Origin: an uncultured Gammaproteobacteria bacterium
GTDB lineage: Bacteria; Patescibacteriota; Microgenomatia; JALYQM01
DNA: 42,908 bases
NCBI GenBank assembly: GCA_964403585.1
Contig: CAYOFQ010000001.1
Span: forward strand, 398,456 to 441,363
Reading direction: 5' to 3'
This document shows, piece by piece, positions 9,279 through 17,538 of this stretch. Positions within the stretch are counted from its first letter, which is position 1. Every line of letters starts with the position of its first letter. The notes beneath the pieces are model-generated. The model searched no databases. It was given only the letters and a program-made list of their open reading frames with translations, and was not told the origin of the DNA. The position numbers and the translations under genes are program-made.

Positions 9279-9755
9279 TCAGTATACCAAATTTTCCAGT
9301 TGTTTCCCAATCTCTGCAGTAGCTATAGTGAAATTAAATCCCTTAGGAATGTGAACAAAAGTGTACTGAGACTGTAGTACTCTTGAAAGAATTGAGTCCA
9401 TAATTAAATATGAAACAATATTACAGTATGATGTCCTAATCCCATCACTAATTTTTATATACTCGCTTGATTCAAGATAGTAATTAATCTCATGCCGAAT
9501 CAAAGAATCCCCGATGCGGTGGGAATGAAATTGATTAGTGCAGGTTCGCTCAACACGCATTTTATTACGGTCACGTCCTCCGTACATGCCCAATCCAAGT
9601 ATATGCGTTGGTTGTTTCTCCTGAAGAGTAGTAACGAGTTTCTGCATCGCAGCTAACGTAGGGCGAGGCCACAGGAATAAAACCTCATCCAATGGAAGAT
9701 TTTGCAGAATCCTGCTTGCGGAAGTCCTGCTAAAAGCAAAACCGATACATTTCAT
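9279..9755 (-). CDS. pyroglutamyl-peptidase (peptidase C15)-like protein, short form
   Basis: Counterparts of the Pcp catalytic Glu/Cys/His contexts are present: LGMYGGRDRNKMRVERTCTN, RTSYCNIVSYLIMD and TFVHIP. ATG 9755 was chosen because the track's longer ORF (to 9902) overlaps the permease gene. Confidence 0.55.
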   Translation of the reverse strand: MKCIGFAFSRTSASRILQNLPLDEVLFLWPRPTLAAMQKLVTTLQEKQPTHILGLGMYGGRDRNKMRVERTCTNQFHSHRIGDSLIRHEINYYLESSEYIKISDGIRTSYCNIVSYLIMDSILSRVLQSQYTFVHIPKGFNFTIATAEIGKQLENLVY

Positions 9756-9762
9756 AAAGCGA

Positions 9763-10560
9763 TTAATTCCGCGTAAGCAGGTGTAATACGCCAAAACAGA
9801 ACAGTGCCAAGAGTACAATTGCGCCACCGGCAGCCAGATTGAAGTAATACGAAAGAAATAAGCCGGAAATAACGACAAATAAACTGAAGATAATTGAGGC
9901 ACTAAGCGTCTGTCTAAAACTTCGTGCCACCAACGAACCGGAAAGCACGGGAACGACCATCAAAGCACTAATTAATAGAACTCCAACAATCCGAATCGCT
10001 AAAGCAATAGTTATAGCTGCTAATATCATAAAAATATAATTAATTCGTGAGGTTGGTAATCCGCTTACTCGTGCCGACTCCTCGTCAAATGACACATACA
10101 CGAGTTCTTTATATAAAAGAATCACTACCAGCAGCACTACCACCGCCAAAATGGCGGTAACAATAACATCGGTAGATGAAACAGTCGTAATACTGCCGAA
10201 TAAATATGAGAAAAGGTCAACAGTAAAACCCCGGGCAAAACTGATTAAAACGGTGGCTAACGCCAGTCCTCCGGACAAAAACAGAGCCAGTGTTGATTCA
10301 CCGGAAATCCGTTTCGAACGGCTTAACCGCTCAATACACACCGCGGCAATAATTGAAACAAGTAACGCGGTGTAAACAGGGTATATCTCGAGCAAAAGTC
10401 CGATTGCCACTCCGGCTAAACATACATGTGAGAGGGTGTCTGCCATCAATGAGTAGCGTTTGCTAACCAGAAATATGCCAATCATTGGAGCAACGCAGGC
10501 AATAATGGCCCCGACAATCAGCGCCTTAATCATGAAATCATATTGAAAAATTTCTAACAT
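9763..10560 (-). CDS. metal ABC transporter permease (ZnuB/MntB-like, ABC-3 family)
   Basis: 265-aa polytopic membrane protein in an operon with the ATPase and the substrate-binding protein. The sequence style is typical ABC-3. Confidence 0.85.
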   Translation of the reverse strand: MLEIFQYDFMIKALIVGAIIACVAPMIGIFLVSKRYSLMADTLSHVCLAGVAIGLLLEIYPVYTALLVSIIAAVCIERLSRSKRISGESTLALFLSGGLALATVLISFARGFTVDLFSYLFGSITTVSSTDVIVTAILAVVVLLVVILLYKELVYVSFDEESARVSGLPTSRINYIFMILAAITIALAIRIVGVLLISALMVVPVLSGSLVARSFRQTLSASIIFSLFVVISGLFLSYYFNLAAGGAIVLLALFCFGVLHLLTRN

Positions 10561-10566
10561 AAATCC

Positions 10567-11334
10567 TTAGTGCGCATGTAAAATAAATTTTCTGGTTTTT
10601 CCATACAACTTTTCCATATAATCTTCTTTAATAAAATCCCGCGGCGTTCCTTCATACACTAATGTACGGTTCAAACAGGCAACTTTATTTACTTCGTTGA
10701 CAATAACATCAATATCATGCGAAACAATTATCAGAGTCAACGGGTGCCCGTTATAGGAATGTTTATTCAGTTCAGCCAGTAACTGATAAAACTCATCCTG
10801 AACTTCAATATCAACCCCAACCGTGGGCTCATCCAGAATCAGTAATTCCGGTTCGGAGGCCAAGGCTTTGGCAATGAAAACCCGCTGCTGTTGTCCACCG
10901 GAAAGCTCGGTAATCAGGCGATCGGCGAATTCAACCATTCCGACCGATTGGAGTGCGGCGTTAATAGCTGCATAATCGTGTTCATCCAGGCGCCGGAATA
11001 GTCCGCGTTTACCAACTCTCCCGAGCGCAACAACTTCGCGCACGGTAATCGGAATTTTTGTCTCAAACTGGGCGGATTTCTGTGCAACGTAGCCGATGCG
11101 GGACCATTGCTTAAACTCTTTAACCGGCGAACCAAAAAGTTTCAAAGATCCTTTTTGAGGCGTAACCAGCCCGAGCATCAGCCGGAGTAAGGTTGTTTTT
11201 CCGCTACCGTTCGGACCGATAATCCCCAAAAAATCACCTTTATTGACATTCAATGAGATATCGGCCAGAACTTCCTGATTCTGGTAAGCAAAATGGACAT
11301 GGTCAATATGAATGAGTGTTTCCATAACTAACAA
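10567..11334 (-). CDS. metal ABC transporter ATP-binding protein (ZnuC-like)
   Basis: Walker A is GPNGSGKTT, the signature is LSGGQQQR and Walker B is LLILDEP. Confidence 0.9.
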   Translation of the reverse strand: MLVMETLIHIDHVHFAYQNQEVLADISLNVNKGDFLGIIGPNGSGKTTLLRLMLGLVTPQKGSLKLFGSPVKEFKQWSRIGYVAQKSAQFETKIPITVREVVALGRVGKRGLFRRLDEHDYAAINAALQSVGMVEFADRLITELSGGQQQRVFIAKALASEPELLILDEPTVGVDIEVQDEFYQLLAELNKHSYNGHPLTLIIVSHDIDVIVNEVNKVACLNRTLVYEGTPRDFIKEDYMEKLYGKTRKFILHAH

Positions 11335-12239
11335 CCGAGTGCAATTTTTAAGTTGCGCACGTTCTCTTCCTGTACCGTGAAATAATCCTTGCCTTGTCGA
11401 ATCTCGTCTTCGGTTAGTCCTTCCAGTGGATTAAAAACCAGTGTCTGGGCACCAACCTCTTGTGCTATTGTATCGGAAAGACGGGGGCTAACTAAAGACT
11501 CAAAAAAGATATATTTCACGGAATTGGCTCGGGCAAAGTCGGCGATCTCCGCCATACGGGCGGGCGAGGGTTCTTCGTCGGGAGAAAGACCGGATATCGG
11601 AACTACGGTTAACATATAACGCCGGGCAAAATAGCCAAACGCATCATGCGAGGCTATCACCGTACGGTTGGTGCATGAACTTAGCTCTGAACGGATGTGA
11701 TTGTCCAGATCGAGTAGCCGCTGGATCATAGTCGCTGCATTCTGCTCGTACGCTGATTGATGGAGCGGGTCGGCTTTGGTCAAGGCAACCGATATACTGT
11801 CAATTTCTTTTTGTACCGCGATCGGGTCGAGCCAGTAATGAGGATTTAACAGATTACGTTCATCTGCCTGGAGCTCAACAGTTTCACTGGCATTCACTAT
11901 TTGTACGCTATCAGCTGACCAGCTTGAGATAACTTTATCAGTCCAGCGCTCAATACCGGCACCGTTAAAAATAAATACTTTTGTACCGTTAAGCGCTGCT
12001 ATGTCGCGTGGTGAAGGATCATAATCATGAGGTTCACTGCCAGGAGGAACCAGAGTCTTAACCGATACTAAATCACCGCCAACTGCTTGAGCAAAAAAAG
12101 CATGCGGGTAAAATGTCGCAACTACCGGAAGTGTACGTGTGTCGGGAGAAGGTTTTTCGCGGGCAAAAATTCTATACCCAATACCAAGGACACTAATAAC
12201 GAGTGAAACTATAAAAAGTGCCGACAATAATTTTTTCAT
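11328..12239 (-). CDS. metal ABC transporter substrate-binding protein (ZnuA/TroA-like)
   Basis: Signal anchor MKKLLSALFIVSLVISVL. Cluster-9 SBP motifs are PGSEPHDYDPSP, HYWLDP and HDAFGYF. ATG 12239 was chosen over the track's 12362 because the extension would overlap the regulator gene. Confidence 0.85.
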   Translation of the reverse strand: MKKLLSALFIVSLVISVLGIGYRIFAREKPSPDTRTLPVVATFYPHAFFAQAVGGDLVSVKTLVPPGSEPHDYDPSPRDIAALNGTKVFIFNGAGIERWTDKVISSWSADSVQIVNASETVELQADERNLLNPHYWLDPIAVQKEIDSISVALTKADPLHQSAYEQNAATMIQRLLDLDNHIRSELSSCTNRTVIASHDAFGYFARRYMLTVVPISGLSPDEEPSPARMAEIADFARANSVKYIFFESLVSPRLSDTIAQEVGAQTLVFNPLEGLTEDEIRQGKDYFTVQEENVRNLKIALGC

Positions 12240-12245
12240 GCTTTT

Positions 12246-12296
12246 ATTGTAACCTATTTTTAACATTTTGCAAGTAAGTTGCATTTGTGGTATACT
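12246..12296. promoter_or_regulatory. back-to-back divergent promoters sharing one palindromic -35 hexamer, plus an imperfect dyad (candidate Zur/Fur box)
   Basis: Plus strand: TTGCAA(12268-12273)-17 nt-TATACT(12291-12296), preceded by TGg (extended -10), then 7 nt to ATG 12304. Minus strand: the same TTGCAA-16 nt-TACAAT(12251-12246), then 6 nt to ATG 12239. Dyad: ACATTTTGCAA-gtaag-TTGCATTTGT at 12263-12288. Confidence 0.45.
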
Positions 12297-12303
12297 GTAG
12301 CAT

Positions 12304-12726
12304 ATGAATACGTTTACTGAAACGATCTCCCATTTAAAAGAAGAGGGCTTCAAAATAACCAAATACCGGCTTGCTATTCTGGAGTTGTTTCATCAGTACG
12401 ACAAACCGGTAAGTGTGGGGGATATTATTTCCTATTTAGAGAAAAAAAAACTCAATCCAAATAAAACGACGGTTTACCGGGAAGTGGATGCACTCGTTTC
12501 GTTAGGCTTGGTACACGTACTGGTTTTCGGTGATGAAAAAAAACGGTATGAGCGTGCATCTCTGGAACACCACCATCACCTAATTTGCCAAAATTGTGAC
12601 AGGGTGGAAGATATTATTTTGCACGACGACGTAAAAGCGATCGAACAAAAAGTGCAGTCAAAATCGAAATTTAAAATACAAAGTCATTCTTTGGAATTTT
12701 TTGGACTCTGCACCAAGTGCCAATAA
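12304..12726 (+). CDS. Fur-family transcriptional regulator (Zur-like)
   Basis: wHTH N-terminus, HHHHLICQNCDRV (CxxC) and C-terminal CTKC. It is divergent from the metal-uptake operon. Confidence 0.85.
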   Translation: MNTFTETISHLKEEGFKITKYRLAILELFHQYDKPVSVGDIISYLEKKKLNPNKTTVYREVDALVSLGLVHVLVFGDEKKRYERASLEHHHHLICQNCDRVEDIILHDDVKAIEQKVQSKSKFKIQSHSLEFFGLCTKCQ

Positions 12727-13455
12727 TTACAGTTCAAAAATAAAGCATCCCAGTTCGGGAAATTTTTGCTCAACAATTGTCTGCGATACATTGTATACCG
12801 GTATATTCTGAGTAGTTTTCCCTTCAAAGGTCCCCATATGCGCATGTCCATGAAAAACAACCGATACCTCACGCCGATGAATGGGCTCCAGTAGCCGTGA
12901 CGAACCGAGAAATGCATAAATCTCCGGATGTTCACCGATAACAGTTTCCCGAATCGGCGAGTAGTGAAGAATTACTACTTTTTTGAGGGTATCAAGCCGT
13001 GAAAGTGCACTGTCCAGTTTGAGGGACTCATCCACCACTTCCTGGACAAAGGCCTTAACCTGACGCTCGCCCCATAAAGGCAGCATGTACTTATCAAACC
13101 CTCCGGAGAAACCTTTAATGCCTGCAAACCCGACGTCTTCAATAACGACGGATTCTCCATATAAAAATTGCGCAGTATGAACTGTCAGAATTTGTTTTAT
13201 CTGATCTTCCTGACCGGATTCATAATCATGGTTACCAAGCACACCAACAACCGGAATAGTACAATACTGCAAATCTTCAGCCAGTATTTTTGCTTCCTCA
13301 ACCGTTCCGGTAGTTGTTAAATCTCCGGCGATGCATAACACATCTGCTTGTTTGGATATCGTCTCAAAAAAGTGCCGGTATTTACCGGCATCTTTCAGGC
13401 CGACATGAATGTCCCCGATAGCCGCAATTCGAAGTTTTTTTGTTTTTTCTGCCAT
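12727..13455 (-). CDS. metallophosphoesterase (calcineurin-like)
   Basis: Motifs GDIHVG, AGDLTTTG, GNHDYE and HGHAH. Confidence 0.8.
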   Translation of the reverse strand: MAEKTKKLRIAAIGDIHVGLKDAGKYRHFFETISKQADVLCIAGDLTTTGTVEEAKILAEDLQYCTIPVVGVLGNHDYESGQEDQIKQILTVHTAQFLYGESVVIEDVGFAGIKGFSGGFDKYMLPLWGERQVKAFVQEVVDESLKLDSALSRLDTLKKVVILHYSPIRETVIGEHPEIYAFLGSSRLLEPIHRREVSVVFHGHAHMGTFEGKTTQNIPVYNVSQTIVEQKFPELGCFIFEL

Positions 13456-13457
13456 AG

Positions 13458-14192
13458 TTATACCGTCCCGAAAGTAATAGCTTTATATCCCCATTCGGTA
13501 ATATCAACTGAATACTGGGTCTGTGATATAAGCGGGCCGCGGCAAACTTTATCTTTTGCGTGCGGCAGTGATACCTGATCCTGCAACCGTGACACCAGTT
13601 CTTCGATTACCCAGTTGGGTATAGCTTCTGCTTCAGAGGGATAGACAAACCGGAAATTAATAACCTGGGATAACAGCAAATGCCAATGCTGCTCCATGCG
13701 GGTCATAATCCATTTCCAGTCAAGTTCTTTTCCCCTTTTAAGAATAATATGGTTAATATCTGCACCGTCATACCGGTATTTATCCAGAAGATAGAGTTTA
13801 CACCAGATCATTTCCTCCGGACCAACATAGCGAATTGCTGCTCCAAATAATTCGGAGTCAACTGCCCGGTCAAACCAGGTGTCATCAACGGGGCATAAAC
13901 TATTAACCGAGTTAAAAATAAAGTCCAGATGATCTTCACCTTTAAAAGTTTTGACAATCCACCGGTCATCGGTAATTTCTGTCTCGAAGCCCTCATCAAC
14001 GAAAACTTTCAACAACCGGGGATAGTCACCCGCCTTGCAAAATAGATCAAGATCAAGTGTTTCCCGGACAATCCCGCTATAATTACGGAAAGCGTATCCG
14101 CCACCAACGAGCACCGGGATACCGCTCTCATTTATTTTTCGCAGGGCATAATTATAGAAATTTTGTTGTTCAGGCGTGGTAAATGAATCCAT
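13458..14192 (-). CDS. nucleotidyltransferase-fold protein (uncharacterised family)
   Basis: VLVGGGYAFRNYSGIVRETLDLDLF resembles the GG..R.T.DxD signature of minimal nucleotidyltransferases. It ends 2 nt before the metallophosphoesterase start. Confidence 0.4.
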   Translation of the reverse strand: MDSFTTPEQQNFYNYALRKINESGIPVLVGGGYAFRNYSGIVRETLDLDLFCKAGDYPRLLKVFVDEGFETEITDDRWIVKTFKGEDHLDFIFNSVNSLCPVDDTWFDRAVDSELFGAAIRYVGPEEMIWCKLYLLDKYRYDGADINHIILKRGKELDWKWIMTRMEQHWHLLLSQVINFRFVYPSEAEAIPNWVIEELVSRLQDQVSLPHAKDKVCRGPLISQTQYSVDITEWGYKAITFGTV

Positions 14193-14272
14193 AGTATATA
14201 TCTAAAATATAATATAATAGTATAATATTACTATAAAAAGAAAAGTTTTGCAATTACACGTATAATATTGGT

Positions 14273-15484
14273 ATGAAAAAACTTCTCACCGTAATCTGCG
14301 CTATGGTATTTTTATTCGCCGGAACACCTGCTGCAGCACAAACGTATCCGACAGAATATCTTTCGGCAACCGAGTCGGCCGAAATGGAAGCTCAGGTTCC
14401 TGATGTGTTCCCTAAAGATGAGTATTACCGGGGAAAAATCATTTCTGCGGGTAAAGATGTGGTCAGTGAATTTCAAGGATATAAATCAGTAACCCAGGAT
14501 ATGACGGTAAAGTTACTGGACGGACCGGAAAAAAATAAAACTATCCAACTGAAATACAATCAGCTCCTGAATAAAGATAATATTGTGCGGCCGAAAGTAG
14601 GCGATACCGTGGTTATCACCAAATCAACACTTGGCGATGAGCCGGTCTATGTTATCAGTGATAAATACCGACTTGATACCATCAGTTACCTGTTAATAGC
14701 ATTTTTTATTATGGTGATTATTTTCGGACGCTGGAAAGGTCTTACTTCAACGGTTGGTTTGGGCGTCAGCATACTAATCATTGTTTATTTTATAGTGCCA
14801 AAAATAGTCAGCGGTAGTAATCCCTTTGTTATTACTATGATCGGAATCTTGATTATCAGTTTTACGTCATTGTATCTGGCGCACGGCTTTAATAAACGTA
14901 CAACTATCGCCCTGATCGCTACCTTAATTACGCTTGGACTCTCGATCCTGCTTGCGCGACTAGCAGTTGATCTGACGCAACTCAACGGATTAGGCAGTGA
15001 AGAAGCAATGTTTTTACAGGCCGGGGTGTTAGGGAGCCTTAATTTGAAAGGACTGTTATTGGGTGGAATTCTTATCGGTACCCTTGGCGTACTGGATGAT
15101 ATTACCACCAGTCAATCGGCAGCCATCGATGAAATTAGTAAAGCTAACCCGTCCCTCAAATTTGGTGAACTCTACGAACGGGGATTAAGTGTTGGACACG
15201 AACATATTGCTTCACTAGTTAACACGTTATTCTTAGCCTATGCCGGCGCTTCATTACCACTATTTATTTTGCTCTCTCAGGCGCATGGTCAACCGATGTG
15301 GGCGGTGGTCAATAGTGAACAGTTTGTCGAAGAAATCGTTCGGACAATCGTTGGGAGCATTGCGCTCATCTTGGGAGTTCCAATCTCTACGCTGCTCACC
15401 ATTTGTCTTTCACTCATAGAAAAATCGTCTTTTAGAGCGATAAATGGAGCTAATTGTGGTGTTCCAGAACTCAATTCTTCATAG
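14273..15484 (+). CDS. YibE/F-family membrane protein, 3' end remodelled by the island junction
   Basis: Signal peptide, a soluble domain, then about 7 TM helices typical of YibE/F. The last roughly 6-25 codons lie in AT-rich junction sequence and overlap the recombinase ORF in antisense. Confidence 0.75.
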   Translation: MKKLLTVICAMVFLFAGTPAAAQTYPTEYLSATESAEMEAQVPDVFPKDEYYRGKIISAGKDVVSEFQGYKSVTQDMTVKLLDGPEKNKTIQLKYNQLLNKDNIVRPKVGDTVVITKSTLGDEPVYVISDKYRLDTISYLLIAFFIMVIIFGRWKGLTSTVGLGVSILIIVYFIVPKIVSGSNPFVITMIGILIISFTSLYLAHGFNKRTTIALIATLITLGLSILLARLAVDLTQLNGLGSEEAMFLQAGVLGSLNLKGLLLGGILIGTLGVLDDITTSQSAAIDEISKANPSLKFGELYERGLSVGHEHIASLVNTLFLAYAGASLPLFILLSQAHGQPMWAVVNSEQFVEEIVRTIVGSIALILGVPISTLLTICLSLIEKSSFRAINGANCGVPELNSS

Positions 15485-17061
15485 GTAGGTGCCATCTGGA
15501 AAATGAGGCTGAAAAAGGTAGCTCTTTTGACTGAATCAGAGCCATTTAGCAACAAATCTTCAAGGTGTTCCAGAAAATATTTAACGGTCTCTGTTACCTC
15601 CACTATATCTATTGCCTTTTGCTTCTTTTTTAGCTTTTCCTCTTGTAGCTGAGCTATCTGATCCTCAATTTTTTCTAAATCTTCTTCCATATACTTAATA
15701 GCGGTTTCAGATGTTAAAACTCTTATCTTGTCTGCTATTAAACGGCCAGAGGTTTGCAGCTCCTTCATCTTAGTCTCAATGATTTCATTATCTTTATTCA
15801 TATTTGCTTGTCTCTTATCCCACTCTTCCAGAACTGCTTTCATTAACTTTTCTGCATATTTAGGAGTTATGTGTAAGCCTTTAACAAAACTAAGGATTGT
15901 TTGATCGAAATCTTTCTTTGATACCCGGAAATAGTGTCCACGTTTATTACAGTGATAAGCGGGATAGTATTTGCCTAGCTTTCCCCTCGAAGCACTGCCA
16001 AAAAGCGGTTTTTCACAATGAGGGCACATTACATAGCGTTTATATGGAAAATCAGGGTTTCTGACACCTTTTTTAAGCAAGTGCTCAGGAGGTCGTTTTT
16101 TATAAAACTTAATTTCACCATCCTCTTCGGTAATTGTTCTTTTATCTTTATTTGCTTTATTGAAAGTGTCTATGCTTACTAAACCTTCAAATTTACCTTT
16201 AATTGGCTGCCCTTCAGTCCAACGCTCAATATTAATTCCTGCATAAATAGGATTTTCGACAAATCTCAAAAATTGTTTTAGATTAAGAGGATTTCCGCCA
16301 CTTTTACCTATTACTTGTTTCTTATCCTGCTTACTTCTTATGAGTTTAGTTCTTGTTTTAAATCCAAGATTGTTTAGTTCTTCAATAATTTGTGAATCAT
16401 CCATTGAACCTCGGATACGCAGTTGAAACATCTTTCTTATCCAATCTGCTTCTTCTGGGTGAGGTGCTAAGATAACTCTTTTACCATGATCAGTTTCAAC
16501 CTTTTGATTAACATATCCAAATGGTGCCTGTCTGACTCTATAACCTAGTCTTACGTAACGGATCTCAGCTCCAATCATACGGGTCATGATATCTCGCATC
16601 TCATCTTTAGCTCGTTCAGCTTCAAGGATTTCAGCTTTTTTAGTTGGACTATACACACTCCAGTCGTAAGTTACATTTAGATGCTCCAAGGTATTAACTT
16701 GTTGAGTGCCAATAATGCCATATATATCAACTAACTTAACTCCATATTTGGTAAGTTGCATTTTTAAAAGATCGTATGAATATGATCCACCTCTAGTAAA
16801 ACGGTCAATAGATTTGATAATAAAGAGCTGAATGTCGTTTTTAGGATTTTTACAGTAATCAATAGCCTCTTGAACTGGTTGCTGTTCTTTAGAAGCTGAT
16901 TCCATGAAAACAAAAAATTTCTTGATATGTATGTTATGGGTCTGTGCGAAACGTTCGATTTGTTCTTTTTGCGCTTCAGGAGAATCACCTTGAAGACCTT
17001 GTTTAATAGAAGATACTCTTATTGCGGCTACTGCATTTTCTTGTATAGATAGGTTATTCAT
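15289..17061 (-). CDS. large serine recombinase (integrase)
   Basis: Resolvase-type N-terminus with AAIRVSSIKQ (catalytic Ser) and IKSIDRFTRG. A recombinase domain follows, then zinc ribbon CPHCEKPLFG..YHCNKRGH and a coiled coil (MKELQTSGRLIADKIR..LEKIEDQIAQLQEEK). The last roughly 57 codons are antisense to the yibE/F-like gene. Confidence 0.9.
   Translation of the reverse strand: MNNLSIQENAVAAIRVSSIKQGLQGDSPEAQKEQIERFAQTHNIHIKKFFVFMESASKEQQPVQEAIDYCKNPKNDIQLFIIKSIDRFTRGGSYSYDLLKMQLTKYGVKLVDIYGIIGTQQVNTLEHLNVTYDWSVYSPTKKAEILEAERAKDEMRDIMTRMIGAEIRYVRLGYRVRQAPFGYVNQKVETDHGKRVILAPHPEEADWIRKMFQLRIRGSMDDSQIIEELNNLGFKTRTKLIRSKQDKKQVIGKSGGNPLNLKQFLRFVENPIYAGINIERWTEGQPIKGKFEGLVSIDTFNKANKDKRTITEEDGEIKFYKKRPPEHLLKKGVRNPDFPYKRYVMCPHCEKPLFGSASRGKLGKYYPAYHCNKRGHYFRVSKKDFDQTILSFVKGLHITPKYAEKLMKAVLEEWDKRQANMNKDNEIIETKMKELQTSGRLIADKIRVLTSETAIKYMEEDLEKIEDQIAQLQEEKLKKKQKAIDIVEVTETVKYFLEHLEDLLLNGSDSVKRATFFSLIFQMAPTYEELSSGTPQLAPFIALKDDFSMSERQMVSSVEIGTPKMSAMLPTIVRTISSTNCSLLTTAHIG
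15458..15466. repeat. candidate attL core (GGTGTTCCA)
   Basis: The identical 9-mer recurs at 38657-38665, exactly where composition returns to host-like. The expected number of chance 9-mer matches between two 100-bp windows is only a few percent. Confidence 0.45.
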
Positions 17062-17222
17062 GCTCTATTCACTGAATTCGTAATGTACTTTTCTATAAGC
17101 CTATCAAGTATGAGATTAGCTAATACTTTGAGTCTTTCTTCAGTGTTTAATGGAGAAGTAAGAGGACGTTTTTTATCTTGTTTTAGGGAGTGTATTTTAG
17201 ATGGTAAATTAGTCTTTTTCAT
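17058..17222 (-). CDS. small basic protein (54 aa) translationally coupled to the recombinase; candidate directionality factor or regulator
   Basis: Hand translation gives MKKTNLPSKIHSLKQDKKRPLTSPLNTEERLKVLANLILDRLIEKYITNSVNRA. GAGGT lies 8 nt upstream of the ATG. Its TGA overlaps the recombinase ATG (ATGA). It is below the ORF-track size cutoff. Confidence 0.5.
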   Translation of the reverse strand: MKKTNLPSKIHSLKQDKKRPLTSPLNTEERLKVLANLILDRLIEKYITNSVNRA

Positions 17223-17257
17223 ATCAAATTACCTCATTAAACTATGCGTATAATGAT

Positions 17258-17286
17258 AGTTTATATCAATATATTGATAGTGTCAA
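17258..17286 (-). promoter_or_regulatory. candidate promoter of the small-ORF/recombinase operon with a 16-bp perfect palindrome in its spacer
   Basis: Minus strand: TTGACA(17286-17281)-17 nt-TAAACT(17263-17258). The spacer contains TATCAATATATTGATA (17264-17279), a perfect palindrome. Further TATCAA/TGTCAA half-sites lie nearby. Confidence 0.45.
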
Positions 17287-17313
17287 CAGTAAATGAGATG
17301 TTATACTTTCTTT

Positions 17314-17538
17314 ATGCAACAGGCTGAACAAAATAAGGCAAGAGAGACAATTGGAAGTAGAATAAAAGCTGTACGTGAGGCTAAAAATCTCACTCAGACC
17401 GAAGTAGCAGATAAAGCTGGAATCAATGTAAACTACTTTGCAATGATTGAAAGAGGTGAAACTAACTTTACATTCGATAAGCTATTTAGAATAATAAAAG
17501 CCCTTAAAATAAAATCCTCTGAAATATTACCCTTCTGA
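17314..17538 (+). CDS. XRE-family helix-turn-helix transcriptional regulator
   Basis: IKAVREAKNLTQTEVADKAGINVNYFAMIERGE is a classic Cro/CI HTH. ATG 17314 is preferred because TATACT at 17302-17307 lies 6 nt upstream. The track's start is 17293. Confidence 0.8.
   Translation: MQQAEQNKARETIGSRIKAVREAKNLTQTEVADKAGINVNYFAMIERGETNFTFDKLFRIIKALKIKSSEILPF

Noticed and set aside
9756-9902. N-terminal extension of the C15-like ORF (track start 9902)
   Set aside because: The extension would overlap the 3' end of the ABC permease gene by 140 nt. ATG 9755 lies right after the permease stop and gives a sensible N-terminus.
12240-12362. N-terminal extension of the ZnuA-like ORF into the Zur-like gene
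   Set aside because: The extension has no signal-peptide logic and overlaps the divergent regulator and its promoter. MKKLLSALF at 12239 is a typical lipoprotein or secreted start.
12442-12450. A9 homopolymer (and an A8 run at about 12536-12543) inside the Fur-family gene as possible phase-variation tracts
   Set aside because: The gene is intact and the runs encode Lys-rich linkers. No evidence of slippage is visible in a single sequence.
15289-15457. Genuine dual coding of the yibE/F 3' end and the recombinase 3' end
   Set aside because: This is more simply explained as read-through of the recombinase frame across the integration junction. The overlap is reported as a finding rather than as two independently evolved coding regions.
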